This document shows positions 12,697 to 26,684 of a stretch of 64,000 nucleotides of DNA, piece after piece. Below the pieces are notes generated by a model. It was not told the origin of the DNA. It made no database searches and saw only the letters and a list, made by a program, of their open reading frames with translations. Source of the stretch: Lama glama. Lineage: Eukaryota. The DNA is taken from positions 40,860,001 to 40,924,000 of the forward strand of contig CM052818.1 of NCBI GenBank assembly GCA_028534125.1. The letters are read 5' to 3'. The first letter of the stretch is position 1; each line of letters opens with the position of its first letter. The position numbers and the translations under genes are program-made.

Positions 12697-13199
12697 GTAA
12701 TTGCTAAATTATGTTTCAGATGAATAAATACAACTGGCTACTTTTTTGTGTGATTTCATTTGTGGTGTAGAAAGAATTTAAATGGCCTCATATGAGTAAA
12801 TTGACCACATGGTTGATATATATACTATATTGTTAGTAAAGTTCCTTAAAATTTCCTAATCCAGCAGGAGCCTTTAATACATAACATAACATCTTTAATT
12901 TGACAGAACACTCAAGAATGTCTGGTCTATACTAAATGTGTACAAATGTTAGTTTGTGCTAAAGTTTATATTAATAAAATGTATGTTATAAAGTTTCTTT
13001 GCTTTCTGCTATCCCAGTCAGAATAGCATCTACGTTTCCTAAACTCAGTTGCTAAATTTTTGTAGAAATTCATTCTAGAAAGATAAAGAAAGCATTTCTT
13101 TATGTATCTTGGAGTTATTCATCATACCTATAGGAGACAAGGATGGAGTCTGTTCTGCTAAGATACTTTGACTGAATAATTGGACATGGGGCACATATA

Positions 13200-13395
13200 G
13201 TCCTGTAACATTAGCACTGGAATTGTTTTTGGAGGTCATCTAATCCAGACCCTTTATTTTGTAAGTGAGAAACTGGGAGCCAGAAAAAGTACATTTGCAC
13301 TTAGAGTTGTCCAGGCGTGGTTACTGGTAGAGCTTGTACTGGGATGCAGGCATCCCTGTTCTGTTCCGATGCTCTGCCCATTGTATCACTCTGCC
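13200..13395 (-). mobile_element. MIR SINE
   Basis: gaggtcatctaatccagaccctttattttgtaagtgagaaactggg core. Confidence 0.6.
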
Positions 13396-13482
13396 TTATT
13401 CCAGGATTAAGAACACCAAGAGCAGTCACCAAGGAAAAAGAACAATTATGAGTCTGGGTCTCTTTCCCAGTTTGGTTTAGAA

Positions 13483-13665
13483 CAAGTTGTCCAGAAAAAC
13501 TTTCTGTAATGGTAGAAATATGCTGTATTATGGTATCTAGCTACATACGGCTCTTGAGTACCTGAAATGTGTGACTGAGAAATCAAATGTTTTATTGTAT
13601 TTTATTTAATTTAAGTGTAAAATACTGCATGTAGCTAGTAGTTAGCATATTGGGCAACAGAGATT
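13483..13665. mobile_element. MER3 DNA transposon
   Basis: tgtccagaaaaactttctgtaatggtagaaat...gcatgtagctagtagttagcatattgggcaac. Confidence 0.7.
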
Positions 13666-14111
13666 TAGAAAAATAATTAGTAAAATCTGGAGAGAAGCAG
13701 ATCCAGCAAATAAATTTGAGACTAGAATGCAGGACAATTTGTTAAGCAAAATCAGGAAAACCAAAAGGTAGGGTTATGAATCATAGTTGTTGGGAGAATC
13801 TTGAAGGACATCCAGTGTAGTTATCACACCCGACACTTACCCTGTGTAGAATCTCCACCAGGTGTTCCTTCAGCAGGTACTTGAATGGATAGTGGTGAGA
13901 GAGTGACCTGTACCTGAGGCTTCTGATTCCTTCTGTAGATAACTGTATTTACTAAAAAGATTTTATTAATGGGAAAAGTTGAATAAAGTTTCCTTCAACA
14001 TGTTTATTTTTTGGGGGGGATATTTGAAGATTGTTATCATAACTCCTTTAATCCTCTTGTATGATTCAGTAAACTAAAGGTTCAAGTTCATTGATCAAAA
14101 TACAGAGGTCT

Positions 14112-14415
14112 AGAGCTACATTTACTAGTACAGTAACCACTAACCACATGGGGGTAGATATTGAGCACTCAAAATGTGGGTAGTCCAAATGGAGATGAGC
14201 TCTAGTGTGAAATACGCACTGGGTATTGAGGCTTAATGCAAAGAAATAACTCAATTTTCACATTGATTACATATGTTAAACTGATAATATTTTAGATATA
14301 TTAGGTTAAAATATGTTATTAAAATTAATTTTACCTATTTCTACATTTTTAATGTAGCTACTAGAAAATTTAATTATACGTGTGGTTTGCATTATATTTT
14401 TGTTGGACAGTGCTG
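14112..14415. mobile_element. MER33 DNA transposon
   Basis: ttgagcactcaaaatgtgggtagtcc...ttattaaaattaattttacct...tgttggacagtgctg. Confidence 0.75.
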
Positions 14416-15853
14416 GTTCAGAGTAACCAGCTGGAAGGAGAGAATTTAATGTCTTTAAGGACCTGATGGTAGTTGTTCCCCATGCCTCTCCTTACCTTTT
14501 CTCTGAAGTTTACCTGTTTGTGCTTGCCTTTTGCTTGCTCCTGAGTCTCAACAGGTAAAGCTGCCAGGTTTTTAAATAATCTCAAGAGTAGTATTGGAAT
14601 TAGAATCTCCATTTCAAGAGGATGTAGAAAAAGTAATCTGAACTTGGGTGAAGCTATTAATCCAAAGTTGGTAATAAACTGTCTGTCATTAAAGCTAGGG
14701 CATTGGGTCTTACTTTTAAGAAGTCAGATGCAGTGTGAAATGAAGATAGAACACAGTCCTTATAAAAAAATTATGTGGCAGTCAGAGTCTGGTCTACCTA
14801 TATAATAAGAAAAATATGATATGTAGCAAGTTCTTTGTAACTGCATGTTTTTTATTACCTTAGAAGAGAAGACCCAAAATCTTACTTAAAAGAAAGGTTT
14901 AAACCAGTAGTATACTGAATAAAGTATGATCAGTGTTTTACAGATGGTGAAATGAAGGAGTTAAACATTTTATTTCCATTTACACTGGTTCTACATATTC
15001 TATACCTTACAAACAAGATTATTTTCTAACATGTAAATGACCCTGTTATTAACACTAAAGATATAAACAAGTGATCCTGAATCTTTTTGAAACAAGTTGA
15101 AAAAAAAAAAAACCTTTTCAGCTGTACTTTGGACTATTTTACAGTGCAGTTACTTTAACTGTAATTTGTTAGCCAAAGGTAGTTTAATTTAAGCAATGGC
15201 TTGTTTAGAATGACTCCTCCTCCAAAAGATAGAAATGACTCCAGTGTTTCCATTTGTTTTATAATATCGTCATGAAGAAATAATAGGAAATAGGAAATCT
15301 GAAGAACTGCCATATGAAAAATAAACAATACTTGCCATTGTAGTTCTGATTAGAAGTAACTGAGTTGGATTTTTTGTATTTAGTTGGAGGAAGTAACTAA
15401 CTTGCCTGAGGCCACGTAGGCGATTCAGACAGAGACAGATAAGAGCCCAGGTCAGCGGACTCTCATGCTAGAGCTTTGCCAGCTCTGTTGTCTGATGGTT
15501 ACCCAGTAGCAGAGGAGTGATATTCTGTACAACAGGTGAAAGAAATGAAAACTTTCTAATAAAAACACTTCTTCAGAGAGTTCTTGTCTTTGTGCCCTCG
15601 TGTAATGACAGAGTACTTAATTTTGACTATAGTGTTTATTTTAGTATCATGGAATTTTGAAATGTTTTCTCCGTATTAAAATTTTCTTAGATTTTCCTCT
15701 TTGTATATTTATTCTCATGCACTAACCCTTGGCTAGTACTTAGCCTTCCTTATGGCACCATAGGTCACTTGCAATGTATATTTCAGTTCATTTTTCTTTC
15801 AGGCATCAAAATGAAATATTTAAAGATAATATTTGTTTGTTTGTTTGTTTCAG

Positions 15854-15934
15854 GTAGATAATCCAGTTTCTGTTTTAACACAAGAGATGAGCAAGCAGTT
15901 CTTACAGTCTAAAAACGAAGGAGACAAATACAAA
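15854..15934 (+). CDS. SMC6: SMC6 coding exon 6 ([17 protein letters not shown]...DKYK), Q-loop region
   Basis: tcag|GTA...AAA|gtaaga; 81 nt. Confidence 0.95.
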
Positions 15935-16675
15935 GTAAGAAGCACTAAATTAAATGTAAACTTAACCAAAAAGAATACATGTATAGATTAAACATACATA
16001 CCAAACATTACTCTTGATCACAAAATAAATATTGCGTATTTTTTTAAGCTACTATTTAAAGTAATATCGTAGGACTAATTTAGGAAATGGTTCAAGTAAG
16101 ACGGAAGCATAATTTTCTTGGTAAATCCCTGCTTTAACTTTCTGCCTTTTAATTCTGAGAGAGAATGAATTATTCTGAGGGAAATACAAGGGAATGATTG
16201 GCCATACTTACGTAGTAATTTTTAAATGTTAAATTGTTTAAAACTTTTTAAAAAGCCAACAAAATATTTGATACCACTGCAGCTTACAGTGTAACTTTCG
16301 AATGGGTTTTGGTATTTCCTGTGCTAAAAATTTACGGTAGGTTAATACCAAGGACACAGATGTTTTCTCTGTTTTCATATTTGCTTAAAGAATGGACTGA
16401 CAGTGAAAATGAGCTTTCAGAATGGTATTCCATTACACCAAAAGTATTTTCTTTCACAGAGTTATAAGAACTTTTGCAATGTATATATGAGCATAGTGTG
16501 TTAAGTAAATTTTGGGTTTGAAAGAAGACACGTTCTTTTGTGTTTGTGTTTACTTAAGCGTGTTTTTAATGCCTTTGTACATAATTGGTCTGAAAGTTTT
16601 TAGAGAACAAATCCTTTTTTTCAGAGTCCCGTGGACGTTCACAGAGTCCTAACTGTGCTTTTCTTGTTGATGTAG

Positions 16676-16777
16676 TTCTTTATGAAAGCAACCCAACTTG
16701 AACAAATGAAAGAAGATTATTCATACATTATGGAAACCAAAGAAAGAACAAAGGAGCAGATAAATCAAGGAGAAGAG
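16676..16777 (+). CDS. SMC6: SMC6 coding exon 7 ([10 protein letters not shown]...INQGEE)
   Basis: gtag|TTC...GAG|gtgtgt; 102 nt. Confidence 0.95.
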
Positions 16778-18279
16778 GTGTGTAAACACATAATGCAATT
16801 ATTTTTTGAGATCAAATTCTTACAGTACTAACATCAGATAGATGGTATTGTAAAATTATGTACCTGTATATCTCTATAAAACTAGTAGCATTTTCATAAC
16901 ACTCCATGAAGTATAGGCAGTGTGGTTTTTACATTTAGGCTATCTGTGAGTCTACTTTTTCTTTTATAGTAATGGGTGTGTCCATGTCATTATAGTTCTG
17001 ATTAGTTCTTTAATTACTTTACTAGTGCTCACCACACAATTATGTACCATCGGTTTCCTACCGAATAGTCAGGTGAATGACCCCAAGAATCCTAATATGT
17101 ATTTACTATTAAACTATTTACTATAAACTAGAAGACAGGGCAGTATCTAACATGCTTATCTCTTGATGTATGGCTGATCGACACCACAGTAAGATATTAC
17201 TAATTCTCCCTTAGAAGTAGTTCAAAAATGTAATATTTCTTTTGATGGGAAAATAAGCGCAAGCCTCACGCTGATACTGAACATAGGATGCGTCTATAAT
17301 TACATGTGGTAGATAACTTTTTTATTACACTGGTAAAGCGTTAACATTTTAAGCACTGATAGCTTGGTAGCAGCTGTTGCATTGGTACTCACCAACTTGG
17401 CAGTGGTGCAAATTTGAAATCACCCAGGCCAGTGTGGCTTCCTAACATTTGTTTTCACATCTGCTGTATTTTGTTCTTACGCTTTCCTCTTCAGAGTCCT
17501 GAAGAACCCACCTTCTCTCTGATACTCGGAGACCTCAGAGTTATAAGGCTTATGTTTCAGCTGTTCCTCCAGAATATTAAGTCCCCCCAATTTTTATGTG
17601 ATTCTGTATGTTGTTCTTTTGTCATTTAGTCAAGTTTTATCCTATCAGTTGCTTTCAGCAACTTCTTAGCATGTTTTTTTTTGCTAAGATAGAATTGTAT
17701 TAATGATTGACTCAAGTCAGATTTTTTAGATGTTACACTGACCTTTTTAATTCTTTGAGGGATACATACTTAAATTTGGGTTTATAGTTGTATGGGTCAT
17801 TAAGTGAAAACTGAAAAAGCAAAGATGAGGTTGTTTATTTTTATTCCCCATATTACTTCTTCAAACCTGGAGTATTTGATAGTATACAAGGAAGTACTAT
17901 AAACTGTAGAATTAATGTAGCACTTTATTGGACTGTCAGTGTTATTACTGAGGAAAGGAAATATTTGCAACAAACAAATGTACATAGTGTATGTTACATT
18001 TATTATTTTAAAAACAGTAAATCAGGACTCTGATTTACTCAGCTTGATGTTTAAACACCCGTTTTATAGTGTACTTTGTCATCAACGATTGAAGATACTT
18101 TGGTTATGAAGTTTAAGAAGTGTTTCTCTGTATCATGTAACAGAGCTTCTTATGGTGTAATATGCACTTAATAAGAACTTTTTTCTAGTTAATTAAATGT
18201 ACCATATTCTCAAAATAAACTCTGCGTTTGAATAGTTTAGTCTTTAGGAAATAGAATGTGAAGATTAGAAGCTGGAAGT

Positions 18280-19060
18280 CGTTCAGCCATCACATAGTGA
18301 GTTCTGCCACGTGCCTGTTAGCATTGTGCTTTGGCCATGACCATTTAATGGTAAATACATATCAGGATTCTTGGGGTCATTCACCTGACTATTCAGTAGG
18401 AAACCGATGGTACATAATTGAGTGTGGTGAGCACTAGTAATTAAAGATTAGTTTATGCAGAAGCACTTAATAAGGTGCTAGCAAAGGGGGTTAGGGACAA
18501 GGCAGGGGCAGTGGGAGGGGTATCGTTGTTAAGTAAGCGATGTTGAAGGTAAGAATGGAAGGATGCATAATACCAGGCAAAGGATGGTGAGAGTGAGGAA
18601 CTGTGTTCCAAGAAATAAGCATGGTTTGGGGTCTTGGGCAAGAGAGCACATGGTGTTTTTAAAAAGCTGAAAGAATTCCACACTGGCTAGAGTGGAGAAC
18701 ACAAGAATGAGAGTTAAGAGGCCAGATTGAGGAGGACCTTCTAAAAGCTAAGGGCAGTAAAACACATGGAAGTAGATGAATTGATGGAATGTATGTTTTC
18801 AGTAGATCACTCTGCTGAAGAAGAGAGTGAATTTCTGAAAGGAAGGAACAAATGTAGAGAGATCGGTAAGGAGGGTAGTATCATTGCCCAGAGAGATGAT
18901 GATGCCATTGTGAGTTAGGGCAGTGGCAGTGTTGATGGAGAGAAGAACTTTGAAATGATTTGGGCTGATGTTATGTGGGACATGGAAGGTGATGATGAAA
19001 ATGGAAGCCAGATTTGTGGAGCTGAAAATGTGAAGAAATGGAAGAGCTAGAGATAATTTC
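18280..19060 (-). mobile_element. L2 LINE relic
   Basis: Purine-rich antisense L2 motifs (gatcactctgctg, gggcagtggcagtgttgatggagagaag). Confidence 0.55.
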
Positions 19061-20133
19061 CGTGAAACTTGGATGGAAAGGGGAAGACGACTTTCCGAGG
19101 GGGAGGTGGTGCCCAGGGATGGATGGTGGTGATTTTGTTTATAAGTAGGAAAGATAAGTTGATAAAGATTTAAATGGGATAATGGAAAGGAGTCAATGAA
19201 GAGGGTGAAGTAGAAAAAAAAAAAAGGAAAGAGGATGAATAGGATGAAAAATCAAATAATTTAGACTTCCTGAGAAGGCAGAAGGGGGAGGGTAGGATCC
19301 AAATATAGGTAGGCGATACGGACTGGACTTCAGTATAATGAAGCCAACCTCTTTTATAGCAGGAGGAAGAGAAGACTGCTTTAAGCTTATATACAAGCTT
19401 ATTGAAAGTTGGAGAGGGTTTCTTCTGGATAGCTTCTAGATTCTGTGAAGTAGGGGGCAGGGAGGATGAGTGAGCGGTTAGGATGGCGGGGTATATGCGA
19501 TTTGAAGAGAGTGATGATAGACTGAAATAACCCTGAAGAATGGGAAAGTGACTTGTATCGGGTAACACATTAAGGGCCACAGTGTAAGGCCCTAGTTGAA
19601 CGTGGTAACCATGAACAAAGAAGAGAGGCTGTCTACCCAGGTGGGCAGCTTTAGAAGCTGTTTATGTGTCACTAGAGTTAATTTTTGCTTAATGATTTTA
19701 TTGATAATTTATTAAGAGAAAACTTAGGTAAGAAAAAATTTAACATTTGATTTTTGGAAATAAATTCCTTCTGAGCCTTCCATGATCTTTGGAATGGTTC
19801 TGGGTTTCCTTTGCCCAGAGTGGTCCAGTATATCAGATAGGGAATTGAGAGAAGATGGGAAACTGAGTTTTCTCTGCACATGTGTGGTCTTTAACCTTTT
19901 ATTCCTTTTCTCTCCTTCATCTGAAGAGTGACACAATTAACAAGATTATTGCACTTGGTAAAAGCATACCAAAGAACCAAAACTATTTTTCTTATTGCTT
20001 TAATTAAAGAAGTCATTTCCTAGCAAATCTTCTTCACTACTTGTTTAGACAGCATATTCAAAAGAAATACATTTACAGAAAGTCTTGTGTTTTAAGTGTT
20101 GGTAAGAAATATATTCTTTTTTCTTATTTTAAG

Positions 20134-20253
20134 CGACTTACTGAACTGAAGCGTCAGTGTTTGGAGAAAGAAGAACGCTTTCAAAGTATTGCTGGATTGA
20201 GTACGATGAAAACCAATCTAGAATACTTGAAACATGAAATGGCTTGGGCAGTG
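20134..20253 (+). CDS. SMC6: SMC6 coding exon 8 (RLTELKRQ...EMAWAV)
   Basis: taag|CGA...GTG|gtaatg; 120 nt. Confidence 0.95.
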
Positions 20254-20356
20254 GTAATGTTCACTTAATTACTTATTCACATATGCTTGTAATATACAGA
20301 ATATATTTGATTATAGTTAGTCTTTTATATGATTTGCTGTATAATTTCTTTTTTAG

Positions 20357-20455
20357 GTCAATGAAATTGAAAAGCAATTGAATGCTATCAGAGATAATAT
20401 CAAAATTGGAGAAGATCGTGCTGCTAGACTTGAGAGGAAAACAGAAGAACAGCAG
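20357..20455 (+). CDS. SMC6: SMC6 coding exon 9 (VNEIEKQL...TEEQQ)
   Basis: ttag|GTC...CAG|gtaatt; 99 nt. Confidence 0.95.
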
Positions 20456-22349
20456 GTAATTATACTCTTTTATACAGATTTAGTAACTAGAATCTTAGAG
20501 AATGCTGATATTAGACTATTTATAATGTACAAAAGAAGTGGTTTCAACCTGTATTTTTATCTGTAGCTGAATTTATTACTTAAGTGAAGCTGACTTAAAC
20601 TCTTGTGCAAAGACCGTTATGGCAACTCTCTTTAAGAAAGAGTACTGTGTTTGGGTGTGCTCAGCCTGTCTGAGACTAGGGATGTAGAACTGAAATCCAT
20701 GCATGTGAACAATGGTACTTTGTTACAGACTAGAGATACTAAAGTATGAGGCTTTTACTCGTGGGTTCATTAAGGAGTAAAAACATAAAACAGCCTGAAG
20801 AATGAAGGGGTACTAGGATGATAGTCAATTAGAATAACGTTAAACCTGAGTATCATGAAGTATTCAAATTCAGAACTGAACACAGCACCCAAAGATTGAT
20901 AGTGGAGCTTTCAGGGAACTGAGTGTTAGGGTCCAGAATCAAGATTGCCCATCAGAGGATTTCGTGTTGGTGGAGCACATACGGGACAAGTTGTTGGGTC
21001 TATTAAGGTTCATTTCAACCTGAGATCTAAGAGCTCAGGTAAAAACTGCTATTTATCTAAAATTCAGGGAACCCCTAAGAGTCTCCTACTTGGGCCTAGA
21101 GGTAGAAGTTGGTTGAGTGGTAAATAAAGGCAGTAATTTTCTGTCTGGCGTTTCCACGTGGACCTTTTACCATAGAGCCACTCTTTATGTTCTCCTTTTC
21201 ATTCTCTTTTTAACAGCTTTATTGATATATAGTTCAAATACCATACAATTCACCATTTAAAATGTACAATTCAGTGTGGTTTTTTTTTTTTCTAATATAT
21301 TCACAAGGATTCCTCTGCTGTTGTGCCGGAAGTAAAACGTGTAGCCTTTTCTTTCTTTAGGGAGCCGCCATGTACTCAGTGTGGCTGACTTACATCTTAA
21401 TATTTTGTTCTACTTAGCTTGGGAGTTTCTGGCTCCCAGGCTTGGTTGTAGTGCAGGGTGCAATCTTCCCTACCTTGCTTTTTCTTGTCTACCCCTGAGA
21501 TAAGCATATAAGTCTTTTTCCTTTGAGGGTTGTATCATTAATCCATGAAAGATAATTGATAAATATATAAAAGTAACAAAAATGGTGAAGATTTAGTAAT
21601 CTCTTTAGTTTCTTACTCCTTTTTCTGATAGTAAATGGAAATTCAACCCCACCAACCTCTCACCTCAGATTTTCATTTTTTTGGGAATATTCTGAATTTT
21701 GCTAAATTCCTCTCAGCTTCGTTTCTTAGCTTGTCATAAGGCAAGATCTTAAGTTACTTTCCTTCTTAATTATTCCTCAGTCTAAAAGTGGGATCCAGTC
21801 TGATTAATAAATGCTCATTTTTTTTTCCAAACGGAAAAAGGAGACTCTTGAGGCTGGGTGATGCTTAGTTCTGTGCTCTACTTAAGTGTATGGGCACGCT
21901 GTGTAGTAAATGGTCAGTTTCTGGAGGGTAAGGACTATCTTATTATCTCGATCCTTCCCACCATGTCTTACATAAAACCTTTCGCATAGTATATACTTGT
22001 TTATTGATTATAGAATAATTATTGAATGGATAGTTTCTGAAGAAATAGTGTCTAAAGCAGACTTTAAGCTTATATTAGCCTAATTTAAAACTGAAAATAG
22101 ATAACTTATGTTTAGTTTGTGTAACACCTGTACCAACTTCAATTTTTATTAAAAAAAAACATACAGATGACACCATTGATGTTTCAATAACAAAACTACA
22201 GTACCATCCTATGAAATGCTTCCTAAGTATCCTACATACTGACAATTCTCTGATCTGTATCTCCTATTCAAACTTTTTTCCTGAGCGCTTGATTCAGTAT
22301 CTGTCTTCACATCCTTGCCTACGTGTTCCACACGTTCAGACTTGGCATT

Positions 22350-22446
22350 TCTAGTTGCGTAACTGTGACAGGGACTTTACAGCCCACAAAACCTGAAGTG
22401 TACACTACCAGGCTCTTTCCAGAAAAGATTTGCTGATCCCTGATCT
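22350..22446. mobile_element. MER58 fragment
   Basis: cccacaaaacctgaa...ctctttccagaaaagatttgctgatccctg. Confidence 0.6.
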
Positions 22447-23203
22447 AAGCTGTTCTTGTATTTGTCACTTCTAATCTGTTCCTATTATCAGTGTCACATT
22501 TTGGTCCCTAATTATTTTTGCCCTAGAATATTACATTAACTGCTTACTGAAATCCTTCCCTTTAATTTTTTCCCTTCACCTCGCCTCCTGTGTGCTCCAA
22601 GTGACTGAATGTGCACATTTATGTATGGACTTGGTCATATCTTGTTTCCCTGTTGTCTAGTGTAAGCTGATCATTACGGAGTTCAAGGCCCTTCCACCGC
22701 TCCACCTCATCTGCCACCACTACCTCTCAGTTTAAGCTCCAGATACATTTTTACTTCCTAAAATAGGTTTAATGCCTGTCTACATGCTTTTCCATCTGGC
22801 TGTAAACATTTCCCCAACTTTTTTCCTGGTACATTTTGATTACTCTCTCAAGTCGCAGCTCAAATGCTGCTTTGAAGGCATCCCTAACTTTTTCTGACAG
22901 ATCTGTAGGTTCTTCCTCTGTGTTTTCACAATTATAAATATACATACCCTAATTAAGCATTACTGCATCCAGACTGTATGATCAATTTGCATGTTTGTTT
23001 CTCTACAAAATTGTGTCTATCTCCTTTTAATTGTGTTACTTGAAGACAGTTGTTATTATGTCTTTGTATCCCCAGAAGATAGCACATTTGTTGCATAACT
23101 AAATTATATTTTAGTATCTTATATAATTATGTTTGTTTACCTAATTAATGTCTTCAGTTTAGTTGGAGTAAAATTAAGTTTATTATGAGATGTGAACTAT
23201 ATA

Positions 23204-23703
23204 NNNNNNNNNNNNNNNNNNNNNNNNNNNNNNNNNNNNNNNNNNNNNNNNNNNNNNNNNNNNNNNNNNNNNNNNNNNNNNNNNNNNNNNNNNNNNNNNN
23301 NNNNNNNNNNNNNNNNNNNNNNNNNNNNNNNNNNNNNNNNNNNNNNNNNNNNNNNNNNNNNNNNNNNNNNNNNNNNNNNNNNNNNNNNNNNNNNNNNNNN
23401 NNNNNNNNNNNNNNNNNNNNNNNNNNNNNNNNNNNNNNNNNNNNNNNNNNNNNNNNNNNNNNNNNNNNNNNNNNNNNNNNNNNNNNNNNNNNNNNNNNNN
23501 NNNNNNNNNNNNNNNNNNNNNNNNNNNNNNNNNNNNNNNNNNNNNNNNNNNNNNNNNNNNNNNNNNNNNNNNNNNNNNNNNNNNNNNNNNNNNNNNNNNN
23601 NNNNNNNNNNNNNNNNNNNNNNNNNNNNNNNNNNNNNNNNNNNNNNNNNNNNNNNNNNNNNNNNNNNNNNNNNNNNNNNNNNNNNNNNNNNNNNNNNNNN
23701 NNN
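23204..23703. other. Assembly gap (500 N), spurious: flanks overlap
   Basis: 23005-23203 is identical to 23704-23902. Confidence 0.95.
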
Positions 23704-23949
23704 ACAAAATTGTGTCTATCTCCTTTTAATTGTGTTACTTGAAGACAGTTGTTATTATGTCTTTGTATCCCCAGAAGATAGCACATTTGTTGCATAACTA
23801 AATTATATTTTAGTATCTTATATAATTATGTTTGTTTACCTAATTAATGTCTTCAGTTTAGTTGGAGTAAAATTAAGTTTATTATGAGATGTGAACTATA
23901 TATAGTTATTTTTAGAGAAAATGTACTCCAACAATGTTTTTTTTTAAAG

Positions 23950-24096
23950 GTCAGACTTAATGAAGCAGAAAAAAAATACAAGGATATTCAAGATAAACTA
24001 GAAAAGATTAGTCAAGAGACACATGCACGAGCACCAGAATGTATGGCATTGAAGGCAGATGTTACTTCTAAGAAAAAGGCTTATAATGAAGCTGAG
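23950..24096 (+). CDS. SMC6: SMC6 coding exon 10 (VRLNEAEK...YNEAE)
   Basis: aaag|GTC...GAG|gtgaga; 147 nt. Confidence 0.95.
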
Positions 24097-24373
24097 GTGA
24101 GAGAAATTTTCCACTATTAAAAATTGCATATCAAATATAAATACTGTTCATTTATTTTTTTTTAAAGTAGAGGTTTTAGAATTGAGTAGAAACCTGTGTT
24201 GCTTTCAGAGTTTAAAAAAAACGTAATGATTCCATGTGGCCCTATATATATACTTTGTTTTAAAAATACGTGTCTGCACATATTCAGCCTCTGATTTGAA
24301 GACTTGGCACAGAAGTAGACTTGAATGGGGTATTTGTTTTTTCATTTTACTAAAGTGTGTCTAATTTTTTCAG

Positions 24374-24462
24374 GTTTTATTTAAACGTTCCCTAAATGAG
24401 TATAAAGCATTAAAGAAAGATGATGAGCAGCTTTGCAAAAGAATTGAAGAACTGAGAAAAAG
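24374..24462 (+). CDS. SMC6: SMC6 coding exon 11 ([10 protein letters not shown]...EELRK)
   Basis: tcag|GTT...AAA AG|gtacga; 89 nt. Confidence 0.94.
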
Positions 24463-24638
24463 GTACGATAGTTACTTTGCAGTTTTCTTGGTTACGTCAT
24501 TTGATAATAAAGTAATTCAGGTGAAATGCAATATTTTGTTTTCTGTATTGCTAAAGGAATTTTATCACATTGCTTTATGTTTTTAAAATGTTAGATTTTT
24601 TCATTTAACGTTTTTCACTTTGGATTATTTATCATTAG

Positions 24639-24803
24639 TGCCGATCAATCTTTGGAACCTGAGCGGTTGGAAAGGCAAAAAAAAATATGTTGGTTAAAAG
24701 AGAGAGTGAAGGCCTTATACGATCAAGAAAGTTCAGTCAATCAAGAGATTGAACAGTTTCAACAAGCCATAGAAAAGGACAAAGAAGAACATACCAGAAT
24801 TAA
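24639..24803 (+). CDS. SMC6: SMC6 coding exon 12 ([10 protein letters not shown]...EEHTRI)
   Basis: ttag|T GCC...ATT AA|gtaagt; 165 nt. Confidence 0.94.
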
Positions 24804-25231
24804 GTAAGTGTCAACATTCTTAGATTTTTTTCCAGTTACTTGAAAATCATATAGTTTTCCTCTTTATGTTAAAAGAGAACACATTTTTTTGGTTGTTCTT
24901 CCTCATAATAAGAGGTTTTTTTTTTGTTTTTTTTTTTTTTTGGTGAGGGATCTTTTAAAATCACTTTTCTAGTAAGACTTTTCTTAAACTTGTGGAGTTG
25001 GACAGTTTCTGGCATTTCTAGTCCTTATCACTATTGTATTTTTTTTTTCATGCAAAGCTTTGAGATCTTCTGACAATTTTCTCTGGTAATACAATTGTTT
25101 TCAAATAAATCTGCTTTTAGTTTTTAGGGTAGCTGTGTCATTCATTGGTATGCACGTGTTAGGGGATAAGACAATATTTCTCTACAGCTGCATCACATAT
25201 CTGTTCTGTTTTTTCCACTTGTGTTTTTTAG

Positions 25232-25410
25232 GGAAGAAGAATTAGATATGAAGCATACACTGAACTATAATCAGAAGCAACTGAAAGAACTGAAAGATAG
25301 TAAAACTGATCGACTCAAAAGATTTGGCCCCCACGTTCCAGCTCTTCTTGAAGCGATAGATGATGCTTACGGGCAGGGACATTTTACCTATAAACCCATA
25401 GGCCCTTTAG
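25232..25410 (+). CDS. SMC6: SMC6 coding exon 13 (EEELDMKH...KPIGPL), start of hinge
   Basis: ttag|G GAA...TTA G|gtattt; 179 nt. Confidence 0.94.
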
Positions 25411-26479
25411 GTATTTGTCACCATTGGTCACGATATAATAAAAATTAGAAATACACTTTTATTTTCAGGAAGAGGTCTGTTGAATCTAGTTTTAAAACTC
25501 TGTTATTAAAGAACTATGCAGTTGCATGTAGACTTTTTACGTATTTTAAGAAGTAATGATAAAATCATTTTAAGCTTTGTAACTTTCCTTTTGTGTCTTT
25601 AAAGCCTAAAATATCCAACAGAAGGAGAACTTAGGAAAAGGAAAATCAGTTATCGGGTTGAATAATGTAGTTCTGATTTTTTTCCTGAATGAATAAATCA
25701 GTGAACTAATTTGCATGTAGTTGATTACTAGGAAAATGCAGTGGTATCAAAATACAGTTAGAAGACCAATACCACCTGAGTTTTGTGTAACCTTCATGGA
25801 ATTACTTATCTTTTTAATTTCTGTTTAGTTAGACAACATTATTTTTAAATCCTCTTCCAACTATAAATCTGGGGTTATTTAGTTATCCTCGTAGATGCAT
25901 GAGAAGAAAAAATCGAGTTCTGAGGAGTTATCACTTAATTCTGTACATCATTAGATGAAAATGATGCTGCAAATGTAAAAATATGTTTTTGGTGAAGTAC
26001 TGTGTAAGTACAGTATTACGTACTATATTAAGTATTTTAGTAATGTCTCTTCATTTAAATGAGAAAAGCACCTCTATACCAGGATCTGTTTCAATCGATG
26101 AGGCATTTTTTTTCCCCTCTCTGAATCTAAAATCCCAGTATTAACCAGTTTTACAGAAAATAATAAAGAATCTATAAACCTTTTGGCTTGATTTTCAAAA
26201 CACCGTTCAAAAGCTGGAACAGTATATACATACATCAGAAAAACACTGTTGACTTACATTGGAGTGGGACGGTTTTTCACAGGATCTGGTGGGTATTCCC
26301 AGTGTATCCAGTGAAATGGGGGTACTTCCCACTTGGTTAAAATAAGGTCTGTAGTATCATTTAAATTGCTTCAGATGAAAATATTTTGAAGTCACTTATG
26401 AACTGTCATTAAAAAAATAGTTTAACTACTATTTTAAGGTAAGTTTTTGTGGTCTTTTATAATTTTCTCTCGTTTTTAG

Positions 26480-26684
26480 GAGCTTGTATTCATCTTCGGG
26501 ACCCTGAGCTTGCTTTGGCTATTGAATCCTGCTTGAAAGGACTTCTGCAAGCCTACTGTTGCCATAATCACGCTGATGAAAGAGTGCTTCAGGCACTGAT
26601 GAAAAAATTTTATCTACCAGGGACCTCACGGCCGCAGATAATAGTTTCTGAGTTTCGGAATGAGGTGTATGATGTAAGACACAG
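26480..26684 (+). CDS. SMC6: SMC6 coding exon 14 ([10 protein letters not shown]...YDVRH), hinge
   Basis: ttag|GA GCT...CAC AG|gtaagg; 205 nt. Confidence 0.96.
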
